From NCBI GenBank assembly GCA_012026655.1, contig JAAILG010001070.1, forward strand, positions 1-64,000: DNA of 64,000 nt, given 5' to 3'. This document shows, one piece after another, positions 49,901 through 63,494 of the stretch. The position numbers were made by a program, and so were the translations under genes. Source of the stretch: Hydrolagus affinis (taxonomy: Eukaryota). The notes under the pieces were generated by a model. That model was given only the letters and a program-made list of their open reading frames with translations. It was not told the DNA's origin and searched no databases. How positions within the stretch are numbered: the stretch's first letter is position 1; every line of letters begins with the position of its first letter.

Positions 49901-52900
49901 GAACAGGGCAAATGTTCACTAGTTGGAGAGGTGCTGCCAAGAGGGCACAAATTATGATTATCGACTGATGATTTAAAAAGGAAGTTAAAAAGAATTACGC
50001 AGAGGATGGATGGATTGTTGCATTCTGTGCCATAAACTGCTGTCAAACCGAGTCTATCAATTATCTTGAAAGGGAATTAGACAGATGCTTGGAAAAGTAG
50101 ATGAGGCTATGGAGAGAGAGCTAGAGAGTTGGATGAGGTGCTTTTGTGGTGAATACCCACTGGCTATTTCTGTGCTCTAATGTTTTATGATTTTTTAATT
50201 AGATTACAGTAGGAACTAACCGTAAAAGGAATGTGTGGAGCACTGAAACCAGTTGCCCTAACTGTTGATATCAGGAAGTGTTTCCAATTTGTGTCGATGC
50301 AATTCAGAAATGGGCACCGTTCTGGAAGGAAATTTTAATTTGGGTGCAAATTCTCACAGTGAAGTGGGAATCCGAGTAACGTTGCCTAGCAACACTCCCG
50401 CTTATAGATTCTAATTGAGCCTTATTGTCCTGTGTGGATGAGATACCCACCCACTTACTGAGTATACTCTGGTCTTGTTTATTCTTACATAACTACAGAA
50501 TGAGAAATCCCTCAAAGATTAGTTAATAAAGAAAACTAATGAAAAGCATAAGATGCTTGGACAAACCCCAAGATAAGTGAACTGGAAATCTCGTAATTTC
50601 CTATAATTAGCATTGAACTGCTGATCACTGTGACACCATCTCGCTATCAGTTAAACACAGTCCTGCCAGCTCTCACAACATGTAAAATCCATGCCTGAAT
50701 ACTGATGAGGAACCAATTCCTATTTCACTTCAGGAAGTTCTCACTGGTTAATGTCCTGCATGCATTCATCCATCCGTCTTGCTCAATGTGTTTCTTCATT
50801 ACATCCAATACTATTTTAATTTTGAGGGTCACATTGATAGGCTGCTGCTCTGACCATAAAACTATGGAACATTTGGTGTATAAATAAAATAGAAACAAAT
50901 TACAGAACAATTAATGTGAACTCCAATCTTGAGTTAACTCTTGCTTTTGTTTATTTAAAACGAACCTCCAAGAAATGGTTGGCTGTACGATTGATACTGG
51001 TTTGACCCGAGTCTGCTTCTAACGTCAGTGCTCGCCTGAACTGACTGGAGTCGAGCTTTGATCAGTGCCATGTGTTTTCAGACAGCAGAGATCTCTGTAT
51101 GGTGCCTGACGTTAGCCCGGTAAGATCCCTGCTATGCTGCTGGTCCATAGAATTTAAAAGGTCAAAGATTTGTAGTTGTATCAACCTTCAAACGTCAGCC
51201 TGATACCTGGAGTTAACCTGCTAGTCAAACCAGGGACGTGTAAAATCCAGGATCACAGCCTGATAGCATAAGCCATTACACAGCAATGTCACATAGGGAA
51301 TAATGGGATGTTTGGAGCAATTCTATGTATTTAAAATCTGCTCAAAAAGCTCAGATAACCTTACCCACAAAGAACTAGTCTTAATGAGTTACTAAACATA
51401 AACATCCTGATTGTGAACTTCACCAGCATGACTTAGTTTACATGTTTAATCTACCAGGATTCATTTAAGTCGTATTCTAGGGCAGGGTATCATCCCGTGA
51501 CACCTGTTTGATTTCAGATCTATTGAATGAAAGAATTGTCACTGTAAATTGTTCTGTCACACTGTGTTTTCTCCTCTCTATTTCAGCTACAATGACCAGA
51601 TAACCCATCTACCGATACTGCAGTGGTGTTTACTTATTGTATGGAATAGCATTTTGCCATTGTGTCTGGTCAAATACTTTTTATGTTTCCGTAATCATTT
51701 TTTTCAACTATGAGGAAGCGTTTGCATAAAATTGCCTTTGCATTAAATCTGTACCAAGTGTAATGGTTCTCCTTGACACGTGCCTTCTGCTATCCCCATT
51801 GTGTCAGCTCTTTGTTACTATTAATGGCTTGGGGTTGAACTGTGGTGGAAATATTTTTACCTGATGTATAGAGGCTCTGTGGTGGTGTGTAAACTATCCA
51901 GTACAGTATGTTACTTGATAAAGTGCAAAACCAAGCAAATATCCAGTGTGTTGTCGCCAGGTAATTTCATTGCTCAGTGAAGTGATTCAGTACAAATTGT
52001 CCATGATATTAGAAATGCACAATCTTGATGGTTATCTGACATTAGCAACAAGAGTTATTACAATGCAGGGATTTGAAATGAATGCTCTTATCATATCATC
52101 CTCACTTTTAAATGCTTTTATGGTCTTGCCGAATTCTACCCCTGTACCTTCTTAAAACCTGCCATCTACCTGCCCCACCATTAGGGGTCGGGCTTTCAGC
52201 CTATCTGACCCAACTCTCTGGAACTCCATTCCAGATTCCCTTAGCCTCGCCCCTTCCTTCACCTCCTTCACAAGATCCATCTCAAAGCTTTCATATTTGA
52301 CCAAGGCTTTGGTCATCTTTTACTCCCGCCCCACCGTTCCTGAATACAGCTCAGATCAGCTGCAAGTCCTCAACTGTTCAATGCATTGGAACTTCCTTCT
52401 GATATGAAAGGCTCTATATAAATGTACTTTGTTATTATTACTGTGATGTCCTTCATGCTGAACTCTGAAAGTGTTTCCTTTTGACAACTCCAAAAAGGAA
52501 TTGAATGTCCGTCAACTCACCCTGTCTTCGGACAAAGACAAGTACGGCATCCAGCTAAGGGCAGAACCAGATCACATGGTGCTGGGCAAACGGCTGAAGG
52601 GAGCATTCAGATCAGTCACAGCAGCTATCAGAGGCCTGCAGAGCAATCAGCTGGAGGAGTTCCAAACAACAGGTGAGCATTGGGAAGGCTGTTTGTAGCA
52701 CAGAGTCACACCTTGTCCAGAATATTGGCCTCATAGTTGAGCAAGGGGACTCTGCTGTCTTTGTCGCTGGGTGAACATCACTTCCAGTATTGTTTTGAAG
52801 ACTGGCAAATGTTATGTTTAATTCTGTCATAATAACTAATACAATAGCAAATATTTTGGGGACAGACTTTTTATTATCATGTCTTATTTTCAGTCGATAC

Positions 52901-55900
52901 CTTTCCTGGGAGTAAATGTGCACACGATTGGGACACTTTGTAAGCTTCAAGTTCGTATGTTTCTGTTGGTTTAGTTTTTAATATAGGAATACACCGAGCT
53001 AATTAACAGATCAATCCCAATGCCATCTTGCAACTGTAGAGCTCTGATCCTAACCGGGTAATGATGCAGATTGTCAAACAAGTGATTTCACTTTGTTTGC
53101 ACACTGGCTGTACATTGAGGGAGTACATTGCTGAAGGTGAGGCTGATCCATGTCTTGCAATTGCATCTGAGATTCATCAGAGTGAATGTGATACAAACAT
53201 TGATTAGCTGATCCGTTCACGTGATCTGTACAATTGCTGAATTGAGCCTTGCACCCCTGCAAAATTGTCAAAACTTGATTTCTTTTAAATTGTTCTCTGG
53301 TCGTGTATCTCTGTGGTCGTATCCATGAAGACTGTTGTTGCGCTAAGTGTAAACTGTCCATTCGGCAGGCATCATCATGGTTGAAGGGCACGAACTCCAT
53401 GAAGAGGATTTACGCTTGATGTACACATTTGAGCAAAGTGCAGACAAAGCTGCCCAATACGAGGCCCATTCTGATGCCCAGGTGAGTGTGGGACGCTGCC
53501 TGGTGTGAAGGGCGCTGTATAAATGTTGTGGTTGTGAGTGGTGCTGATGTTCATTATTGATGTTTGGGGTGTAATGCTCAGGGAAGTTTCTTACAATTGC
53601 CAGAAAGGCATGGATTTTGAGGGGTGTTTACATGCCATTCAGGTGCGAGGCCTTGCACTTGACTGTGATCTCCGTCACAATTCATCCCTGTGAAAACTCA
53701 CATTGTTTGTTAGGTCAGGGTATTAATGATATGGGGCAAGGGTGGTTTACTTGAGATACAGATCAGCCATGATCTTATAGAATGGTGGAACATGTTTGAG
53801 GGGTTGAATGGCCTCCTCCTACTTCGATGTTTCTATCAACGCACACTGTGCAACACACTAGAGGTTGCTTGGTGGCTATATTAATGTATGCCAAGACACG
53901 AAAAATATTGGTGAATTGAGCGCAAGTCAGAATAATATTTCCTCATAAAAAAGGTGTTTGAATTGAATTTTTGGGCACTGTAAAGCATTGGTACGCTTTG
54001 CTTTGGGTTGTCCTCCTGATGTGAAAGCTGCTTTACAAATGTAATTTTGTTGTTTAAAAAAATTTCATCTGGCTTCTTGAAACGGGAAAGCTGTAGATTG
54101 TTACTGGAGGTAAAAGATGTTAAGAGCACGTGCTTGTTGTACCCTTTTACTGGTAGCTTGCCATTAGCTTGCCATTATTGGTGAGGTTAAAAGTGCCTCA
54201 ATCAAAAGGTTTGTTTTCCAGGCTCTGGTGCTGTTGGATGTTACGCCTGACCAGTCTATGGTGGAAGAAGGAGTTGCACGAGAAGTCATAAATCGAATCC
54301 AAAAGCTCAGGAAGAAGGTCTGATATATGATTTATTAATGTAAAACGTGAAAGATACAAAACACTATTCAGTTAAAAAAAAATTAATATATCGTCTTCAA
54401 CCCCTACCCACCCCCATTAATTTGTGATATTTGCAGAAGGATTTGTAGCTGTGATTCCCAGATGTGCAACTGCCAACTTTACAGTTTTCCACTTGGAATT
54501 CAGAACAGAGAACAACATCCTAGTGGAGTTCAGAACCTGCAACCTATTCAGGATTTGCTGGTTTCAACTCCTTTTCACAATATCACTAATTAATGACCAC
54601 TATCAATAATTCCCTTATAAAGCCCAGGGCCAAACTGTACGAGGATTCAATAATGAGAGCTTGTTGCATTCCATGTTGCATTCTCTTGAAGAGTAACTAT
54701 TCCCAAAGGTGATATCTTGCACAGAGAACATTGGATGGTGTTCTGAGGCAGTGACAGTATTTGAAGTTTAAATGTTATTTTTTTTTAAAATAACTTAATC
54801 TCAACTCCTTTAGTTGGCAAATACCAACGCAAAATGTTAACCTAATTCTAATTTAATTTCTGTTTTAAGGGGTTTTAGTCAGCCTTTAATTTAACAGATT
54901 GTATTGAAGATTAGGTCAAAATTTCAGTAGTTAACGAAGTTTGTTTGGCCCAAAAGATACAGGCGGAAATTATTCTCCTTCACTATTGGGCTTAATTTCA
55001 ATTTTTTTAATACTAAAACTGATTTTTTGGGGGAATGGAATTTTTTCCCAACTGGAAGCTGACAATCTGCCTGAATCATCTTGTACCCATTCAGTGGATA
55101 CCTACTTTCTAGCTCAAACCTATATCACCCTGAAGGCAGGAAATGATTGGCGCCTAAACGGATTAACCCAACATCACTTTGCTCAGACATGTTGAAATGC
55201 ACCAGGCGATGGTTGCCTAGTATGAAAGCCTCCAACACTTGGTCAGCGAGGACCTTTGGATTATCCAGTCATGCAGCATATTGGTCAACCTTCTAAACCA
55301 TGTACATTATTTACACCTTTTCTGGCAGATCTATTTTTGAAACCTATTAAATATTTGAAATTGTTCTTTCAAAGAAACCATGCTGTTTTACCCTGGTAAT
55401 GATTGTTGACATATTTTGATCCTGACAGTTGCAATTGGCTGTAGCATCTTGCTCCACAATAGTTTTCTTCATAAATAGATGTTTTAAATTGAACCATTCA
55501 ATTTGTATAGTAAAACAACTAATAACATTATAACCAGAGGCGTATGGTTTCCAGTTTCACGTATTTAGGTGAGGATTTTAGAGTTGTGTGTAATTGCTTC
55601 TTTGCTTGTTTTCAGATTCCTACACTAACCTGAATAATGCCTTGCCGTGATTTTTAGCCAATAGTGGAATACTAATTGTTTATTATTTTTGTTTCAAATT
55701 GTATTTGTGTGAAATAGTTATCCCAGGACAAGCTGAGATCAATCCTGGGATCTCCCTGCTTTGACACAAACTGAATACATAGTTTACTCAGGAGATGTGG
55801 TTGTAAATATGTGCATGGCGAGCTTCACAAAGCTGTGTGTGTGTATTCTCAGAAATTGGGCAGTGAAATATGTTATGATGAGGGAATGGGGTGGCGGCGG

Positions 55901-58900
55901 GGTAGATTAAATTGGGGAAAAGTAACTTTATTGATGAATTTTGCTGATATATTGTGTATTTGTGTGAAAATTAGTTTATTAAAAGATAACTGTAATAGTC
56001 CTTCAGTACACTCTGCTCTATCCTGTCGACATTCTTAAGAACAATGAACTGATTCACAATAAGAAAAAATGGTGACGATTTGTGTCATGTTTGTTTGCAG
56101 GCTCACCTGGTGCCCTCGGATCAGATCACAGTATACTACAGCTCTCAGCCAGGAGATTACCTGGACACGGTCATTAGGAATCACACTGAGTTTATCTTGG
56201 GAACTATCAAAGCCCCATTGAAGCTTTACCCTGTACCAATTTCTGCAGAAGTGATTATACAGGAGACCACACAGGTAAGGTTTGCACATGTTGCTGCTGA
56301 ATTAGTGAGGGACAGTGTTGGGTTTGAGCATGTGTGCACAATGTCCATCCAGTCCATACAGGAAAGGCTCATTGAAAATTTACAGTCAGCAAAATGCCCC
56401 TTCCATTTTGTTTCCAAATATTGATGCTCTAAACTTCAATCTTGGAATCAATTTAGATATTAAGCTGACCTGTGCAAAAATTAACCATATTTTATACACA
56501 TTTTGTAATTCTTCGAATTTATTTGATGTCATGATCTTTCCTTTCTCGGCCCCTCATTCTGTGTATGTTGTCCTTGTTACTTCACCAAGTCTGAGATCCG
56601 AAATCAAAGACAATGTGTTGGAAACCCATCCCAGCATTATCCCATGTGTTTCAGGCACTGTCCTTCAGCAGGACTGGAGCTGAGGGATGTTTTATCACTT
56701 TGTCCTGGTGGGAAGTGTCTTTTTCCTGCTTTGAAGTTCCTCGTAGCAATACGACAAAAATTGCAAACTCATTGACAACAAAAATTCAACCTCTGTTCTT
56801 ACTGACACTGGCATCATGTGCCATTGGACCCTCAGTGACTCTTACCCAGCATTTTCTAAAATAGAACTAATCTGGTTATTTTCATGTTAGTAGTTGAGTT
56901 TTAGCTGCACTAATTGGACTCAGCTAGAGTTTTGCATAAGGTGAGGTCAGCAACTGAAACTCAGTGGTTGAGGTAATTGTGATTGCTCTCAAAGTGAAGT
57001 ACTGTAATGATGCCTGAGGAAAGCTTGGAGCTGAGGAATGTGCTATCTGTGAATATCATCAAAGTAAAGCTTTCTTCCTTTCCCTGTGTCTGTCTAGTTG
57101 AAGGGTTCTGATCTGGATTTGACTCTTGTGAAGGGAACAGCAGGAGCTGTGCTTTCAGAGCTTGCCTGTGCATATGTGAACCTGAAGATTGCACTGGATG
57201 GAAAGGAGCAGGGTGAGGAGTCATTGTGAGGGAAGCTGCAATCTGCTGTTCTGTATAATGTATAAAAGTTTCTTTAATAACTTACCATCATCTAACGCTC
57301 TGAGGCGTGGAGGGCGCTATATTATTGCAAGTTGTTGTAATGTATTTTATCACCTGTTGTGTCCCTGCAATAGAATCTGACACTAAATTTGATATTTGCT
57401 TGTTACCTTTGGCTGTGAGTCTTACTTGACTCGGCGAAGTAACTGAACACTTACTTGGAGCCATCAATATCCCGAGTCCTGCAAAGTTCATGCAGGTCTG
57501 AACTGCACATCTGTTGTACTTAGCGGAAAACCAGAATAAGAATCCTTGCATTTGATATAACTCCTTATCATATCATTGAGACATCTCAAAAGATATACAG
57601 TAGAACCTCGATAACGTGACCACCCATGGGACCACGACCAGGTGGTCGCTTTGGCGTGGTGGTCGCATAAGTGAGGTGTCGATTCTGCTGGATGGAAGAT
57701 TAAACTATTGGCTACCGTCCATGCAGAGTCGGAGAGGCTGGGGAGGGGGGGTATTCGAGGCCGGGGAGGGAGGGTACTCGAGGCTTGGAGGTGGGGGAGA
57801 TAGCAATAGGAATAGGCCATTCTGCCATTTAACTAAATTGAATCCTTTCAATTCCAATTGCTCGAGGCTGGGGAGTCTCAGGGAAGGGGGAAATATACGA
57901 GGCCGGCGAGGGAGGGAGGATACGAGACTGGGAAGTGAGTGTCTGGAGGCCGGGGGGGGAGGGGGATACTCGGAGGAGGTGTCTCGGAGCCGGGGAGTGG
58001 AACTACTCAAGGCTGGGGAAATGTTCGGGGCCGCGGGGCTGGACGCTCCGTTACCAGCAGCTTCTCTTTGTTTTTTACTGTCTGACAAAGCAGCCGCTCA
58101 CCTGACCTCTTCAAATCCGCCATCTTGTCTCGGTGACATCACGCCGCAGCCTAATTGGCCAGAGTGGTCGCGTTAGGGCCATAAAAATGTTGTTTGGGAC
58201 CCGCCAAATTAGTGGTGGCGGGCCAGGAACCGGGGTGGTCGCGTCAGTGAGGTTTATTTAACTGGAAATGATAAGGAAATATTCGGGAATGACTCTGACT
58301 GGTCACCTAGGCGGGGTGGTCGCGCCACTGAGGTGGTCGCCAACCGAGGTTCTACGGCATTGTATTTTGGGGGAACAGAGTAGGGTGTGGCGAATATTTC
58401 CTAAACAACTCGAATGACAAGCTGAGAAATATTTTGTAAAACAGACTTAAATTTCATTCTGACTGCGTGCGGCATGGATGGCTCCATTGTATTAAGCAAA
58501 TGTTCTCCTGAGCTTTGAGCTGAGGTGAAACTTTGCACTTGCAATTGGCAAATCCTGCTGCAGCTCTGCATTAATCAATGCAATTCATTGCTATTTTAGA
58601 TGGTGTGGTTTTGCTGGAGAATCCCAAGGGAGACAACATCCTAGATTTTGTCAAGTTGAAAAATGTGATTTCCAATATATTTGGGCTACAGACAACTCGG
58701 CTGGCTATTTATCACGGCAAAACTGGTAAGTGTGAACTTTACACAGTGTGTTTTTAGCATTAGTTTCTCTGAAATAGTTAGCCTCTTATTTTTGTTCTTA
58801 TTACTTAGTGATGCAAAGTTGACTTGTCATAGTAAGTGCAACAACTTTCATTTTTCTGGCATCTGTGTGTTAAACAATGTCTCAAAATGTTTTACAATAT

Positions 58901-61900
58901 TCCAGCTTTCTATTCCGAATGTCCAAACTGCTCAGCTGCTTGAGAACTGGGTCAGAGATGCTTTTAAAATCAGTGTTTAATAATTAACTGGTTCAGTGGG
59001 TCAAGAAACAGAAATCTGTTGAGAAGGGGTCAGTCTAATCTAGGACTATTTATTTCTATCTCAATACCATCCATGCTGTTCTATTGTGTAGCCACTAGAT
59101 GTCACTGGTGTCTGTCCTAATGCTAAAGGGGCTGGAGATAAGTGTTTTTAGTAACTCTTTAGTGTGTCCATATAGAGGATGCCCTTAGCCCCTTCTAACT
59201 TCCAGTTCATCATTCTCATTCTAGACTTTGATGAATTGTGAATATGATTTTCAATCCATAAATTGCCTTTCGAAGACTCTCCAAGCGTTAGCACGGAGTG
59301 AGCTGTGTGTGACTGCCTACGTTGAAATTCCTGTAATTTATCTGTCAATTTATCTGTGCAGCAGCTGCCTATAAGGTGTACAATCCTGGCTCTACATACA
59401 GCTACCACAAAACAGGATTGATGTGGAATGTAGCAGCAAGTTTCCAGTGTTGGTATGCTATTTAAGTGAAGCTGTAGATGACCCGTCTGTTACAGAACTG
59501 GAAATCACTGTCGATCTGCAATGACTGCCGAGCCAGTGGGGAGCTCAGCATCTGAATGGCAAAGGCAGAGTAGGTTGAAGGATTGATCCTGCAGGTCTAC
59601 TACAACAACAACAAAAAATTACATTTGTATAGCGCCTTTCACATCAGGAGGACGTCAAACAACTTGCGTTTACATAGTGCTCCACACGCAAAGTAGTGTC
59701 CCAGAGAGCTTGACAGTGACGGAACACAATGTGATCCAGTGAAGGTGAAGATCTAATTTGGGTGATCAGAACCTTCCAGTCCCTGGTTTTGCTTGTGCAC
59801 AAGGAAGCCGGTGCTGATTGTAAACAGATATTCCCTCCAAAATCAACACTTGGAAGCCACCTGCAATAGTTAATCTCGCTTTATAACAGGCTTTCAATCA
59901 AGTCCAACACCAGAAACTCCTTTATAAAGTATTGTTGTTGGGGATAGGGGTTAGTAATTGGCTACAGGGAAGGAAATACTGGGCAACAATCCTTTTAGAT
60001 GTGCTGATGAAGCATGACAAGAGGGCTGTGGATGTGAAAGGCAAGTTCACAGTGTATTTGGGAGACTGCAGTCAGATACCATTGGAACAATCCCTGTAAG
60101 TGGCTCAATGGGAGCTCATCTGATTCTCCGTAAACTCGGACGTGTTGTTACATTGTATGCAAGACAGCTGCTCTCTGTCTCATGGAGTGACTTCTCTTCA
60201 AGGACTGCTCTGGCTTGACATTGCCCAAACAGCTCCCACTTTAGCAGGATGTAGCTGTTGGGCCATGAACACTGACTCATTGGACATCATATTATATTTT
60301 CTTGCCATCTATTCCAGTGTAATATTGATTTAGTTTGGTTGAATAACTTTGTTTATTGAAAATGCTGCCGTGTATTGTTGCCCTACCTTACTATCTGCCA
60401 ACACAATGTGTGTGGGGTCCCATTTAGATTTATTTATTTAAATATTCATATTATTAGCTGCCATGTTGTAATTTGCATCTGCTGCCATCACTATGGCTGT
60501 TTTATCAATAAGCAATCCACCTCTGACTATGATCTTAAGCTGTGATATTGGCATTGAACCCACAATCTTCTAACTCACAGCAATAAGTGACTGAGGCAGA
60601 AATATTGCAGTTTAATGCCTTAGGATATATATCCCACTCTTGTAAGCTGCTTGAGCTATTTAATTCTCTTTATATGGAATCCACGGGGTGACTTTCACAG
60701 AAATCGGATGAGCAATTTATTCCATGTGGACTTGCATTTAGCAATGATTATAAATACAGAGGATAATTTTGGTATTACAGACTCTCTAATAGTTGTATCT
60801 CTGAGGTTTAACTTTGAGGCAGCTTTTACCCAGAAACAATACAATATAATTTTTTTTCTTATTTTGGTGTAATATTTGATTGATGTTTTGAATTCCTTCA
60901 CAGCTATCGAGCACATTTGGCAGACTTCATTTCTCCTCAGTTTGGTGTCCAAGCCTTTGAGCATCCAGTGACAGATTCACTAGATTAATTTATTTTATTA
61001 AGAAAACTTTATCCACCTTCAAACCCAAAGTTTGACCAATGGATTCTTCTTGGCATTGTTTTAGGATTTCCTTTCTCCCAAGTCCAGGGACTTTTGTGCT
61101 CATTGGTGTTGATTTACTAATAACCAGCATCCCCGTAGTCTGTTTCACTGCAGATGTTTCACTGCTTAAGTGTCCCAGTGCCTTGGGACGTCCGCCTGAC
61201 GTGAAAGGCGCTTATACAAATGTAATTTGTTATTGTTAAATAATTGCTAAATTGGGTGTCATATAGAGGTATAATAGTAAACTGGTCACCCAAGTTACCC
61301 AGTTTGCTATTGAAAATAAACACTTGGTTTTCAGAGCTGATGAATAAACCTTTTTTAAAAATATATTTTTTAGATATATATATGTGTTTAATCCTGTTTC
61401 TTGGCACATGAGAACATTTTCCTTCATGTTATGTTCACAGTCATATTTATCTTAAAGTGATTATGCTGAATATTGTGCAAATAAGTCCACATTTACATCT
61501 ACAAAGCTATGTACTAATCTGTGGGGAAAAAAAATTCGAACTTGGAACCAAAATTAAACATCAATATGCCAACATAGAGGGAACCAGAGGCCAATGGAGG
61601 ATTGAAAACATCAACATCTGCAGCCGAGTAAATAATGCTATAAATGTGTAAATGTTTGACCTGCGTGCTCACCACCAGTCTCGTCACACAGCGACAAGTC
61701 AGTGCATCTGAATGAATTGTTCTTCTAAAAAGAAGTCAGAAATGCTTACAGAGTGAAGTGAAAATGGAATGATTATTGTTTCTATGTATCGTTGTAAATT
61801 TTGTGTTGTAGGTATTATTTCTTACCAGCTCACTTTGCTATTAGCCCTGCTTAGACACTGTGGCTTGTCTTAGTGATAGTTTGAATACATCCACCAGTCA

Positions 61901-62869
61901 CTCCTTTCACTAAGGCTGAATGAACGCTTGCTGGTGATGTAGGATATCAGTGTACGTTTATGAACATTATCTAAGGCATAGTGTGGTAGACATTGCATTA
62001 GAGAAGGATGCCATTCAGCCCATTGTATAATTGGTGGCGCTGACTCCTTCATTGGATCTATCTACTCTAATTCCAATTCCCATCAATTTCTGTTCGTTCA
62101 CGTTGAAATACTTTAGTCTCAGCCTCCACAGTCAATGTGACAAAGTGTTGCTTGTTCTAATGTGAAACATTTCTCTGTTTATGGAATAAAACTCACTGGA
62201 GAGAGAGATCATTGGTCCTGTGCATTCGGGCATCACCTTCGGTGAGATATTCATAGTGAATTGCTGCCGCTCACATAGAATAGCACAAAGTGGCAAGGCA
62301 TAGGATTCCCGAACACTGCTATGCAGCAGAGGAGGTCATTTGAGGAGCATAATGGTTTATCAAAGGAGAAATAAAAATCATATCTGGTTTATTTCTAAGG
62401 CTAGTGGGAGAGTGGTAATAATAATAATACTTGCATTTGATTTAGCGATTTATCACGCCTTTACGATGTCTCAAAGTGCTTCACAGGATATACTGTAACG
62501 TGGATTGACTACAAGTGTAATTTTGATGTTGTATATTTTGTGGGTGAAACATAGTAGCAAACCAGGTTTTATTTTGATGAATTATTGAGTACAGGATACT
62601 ATTGGGTTTCTTGATATTCCCATTTCTGATTTTGAAAATTAACTCTCAAGTGAAATGATGTTGCTCAGGTGAGGAGCAATAAGGGCTGTGTCCTGGGTGA
62701 CTGATTGTGTTTGTTTCCCTTGCAGAGCTGACAGCCGAGGCTGATCTGATGAGTCTCAACAGAAAGACACTGCACGTGACATCTGGGGCTTCACCAGCAA
62801 AGATCCCTAGCACCGATCCCCTGCTCTGCCAGTACACCAACCTGCAGCTGGTGAATGCCAAGCCCCAAG
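13924..62869 (+). CDS. IARS1: Isoleucine--tRNA ligase, cytoplasmic (final exons beyond the window)
   Basis: Coding exons: 13924-14042, 14144-14300, 14499-14618, 14966-15048, 15654-15771, 16608-16755, 17393-17480, 17636-17696, 19088-19183, 19381-19503, 19705-19796, 20990-21088, 29647-29773, 31697-31770, 32720-32914, 33346-33432, 34021-34104, 35482-35626, 35812-35932, 36497-36588, 37031-37108, 38696-38817, 40160-40262, 40546-40629, 52498-52672, 53369-53481, 54222-54317, 56101-56274, 57098-57212, 58600-58725, 62726-62869. All GT-AG and phase-consistent. Motifs: [14 protein letters not shown] (HIGH), [20 protein letters not shown] and [12 protein letters not shown] (CP1 editing), [28 protein letters not shown]-terminal UNE-I repeat LLENPKG. 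Confidence 0.97.
16960..17297 (+). mobile_element. Degenerate tRNA-headed, L2-tailed (DeuSINE-like) SINE
   Basis: Head ggcttagctgatagcactctcgcctct...agaaggttgtg; tail gtgaaagtcgctac...aatgcaatgattattt. Confidence 0.55.
17955..18091 (+). mobile_element. SINE 3' half with (TTA)n tail
   Basis: ctgtgaagcgctttgggacg...aaagcgctatatcaaatgcaaggattattattatt. Confidence 0.8.
28340..28895. mobile_element. Two Deu-domain SINE remnants in opposite orientations
   Basis: Minus copy about 28340-28600; plus copy about 28630-28895 with Deu core (gatgttaaacc...gtctg...ggtggac...ttggccaac). Confidence 0.5.
29860..31012. mobile_element. Non-autonomous hAT DNA transposon (1153 bp)
   Basis: Perfect 8-bp TSD GTATATTG (29852-29859 and 31013-31020); imperfect TIRs TAGGGTCCGTCGATAT / TAGTGTCTGGCGATAT; many subterminal CGATAT repeats. 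Confidence 0.88.
31255..31610 (+). mobile_element. L2 LINE / SINE 3' remnant
   Basis: gcttttagccactatgcccc...ctctggaactc...ttcaaa...; ends in the family tail gtgaaaaacactatatcaaatgcaaggatt. Confidence 0.6.
33255..33327 (-). mobile_element. SINE tail directly upstream of the IARS1 acceptor at 33345
   Basis: ataataatccttgcatttgatatggtgcc...aaagtgcttcacag. Confidence 0.75.
41682..41960 (-). mobile_element. tRNA-derived SINE
   Basis: Reverse tail plus reverse head gggaatcgaacccaggtgtctcgcttgtgaggcgagtgctctaacca (B and A boxes). Confidence 0.8.
44377..44690 (+). mobile_element. tRNA-derived SINE, near full length
   Basis: Colinear with 63495-63807 (head ggagtcctgaagctcggt, B-box-like ggtttgattcc, L2-like tail). 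Confidence 0.85.
46900..47470 (-). mobile_element. L2 LINE 3' remnant
   Basis: Minus strand resembles the L2 ORF2 C-terminus (LDYSN...[11 protein letters not shown]-like) plus the 3' tail; frameshifted. Confidence 0.65.
49820..50190 (+). mobile_element. Degenerate CR1 ORF2 end / 3' UTR
   Basis: ggccttctttcactt...gaggtatccaagataatgaaggattaga...aagagggcacaaattat...gggaattagacagatgcttg, typical of a CR1 C-terminus. Confidence 0.55.
52020..52442 (+). mobile_element. L2 LINE 3' remnant
   Basis: gggctttcagc...ctctctggaactcc...tttgaccaaggctttggtca...gaaaggctctatataaatgtac. Confidence 0.65.
57598..58357. mobile_element. Tc1/mariner (Tigger/pogo-like) MITE, 760 bp
   Basis: TA-CAGTAGAACCTCG ... CGAGGTTCTACGG-CA (13-bp TIR with 1 mismatch, TA TSD mutated on the right); repeated GTGGTCGC subterminal motifs; GC-rich interior. 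Confidence 0.82.
62416..62550 (-). mobile_element. SINE tail fragment
   Basis: taataataataatacttgcatttgatttagcg...tctcaaagtgcttcacagg; similar copies at about 24830 and 38185. Confidence 0.75.
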
Positions 62870-63494
62870 GTATGCCGTGAGAAAGAAAACTCATATTGTT
62901 ACATCTGCTGATCCTTCACAAGTAATTACTGTTCTGTAGGGAAGCTCAGGCAGCCTGCAGGGAATCACAAACAGCCAGGAGGTGAATGTGCAACGAATCC
63001 CCACTAATGTCGGGAGCTTTAGATCAGGGAATCGTCTCTCGAAAGTCAGTCCTTCTGACAATCCCTTCTCTGGCTGTTAATGACAGCCTGTGTGCACGTT
63101 TAGTGAGATAGATTGCTGAGGAAATGCTGGTGCTCATCACCTGATATTTCTGCGGCAAACTGCCGATTTTATGCTAATGGCAATGTGGGTGTACAGCCAG
63201 GAAATGTTATCTGAACATTTATCAACAGTCTTTGCATCATTTATTCACAATTTCAGTCACTTTACTGTTTCACTACAAATATTCAGTTGTTATCAATGCT
63301 AACTTAATGCCCTATGAATTACACTTTTCTTTTCATTCCTGAGGTTGTTTGGGGCTAGAGGTGATGGTTGCTGCCCCTCTCCACACCCCCCACGCCACCC
63401 CCACCACTGCTCTGTCACTATATTCAGCCGGTCGATCTCTCCCCCTCCACACACTAGCAGAATAATCAGAACAACACAAACTCAGACACTGTTC

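Noticed and set aside
51019-51115. 10-bp inverted repeat CTAACGTCAG/CTGACGTTAG enclosing small hairpins
   Set aside because: A 10-bp stem over about 80 nt is expected several times by chance in 64 kb; no box motifs
55796-55830. TGTGGTTG...TGTGCATGG resembling the SNORA84 5' part
   Set aside because: The pairing stems are absent; likely coincidental
57616-58176. 186-aa and 127-aa ORFs
   Set aside because: GC-rich low-complexity interior of the MITE; no transposase motifs
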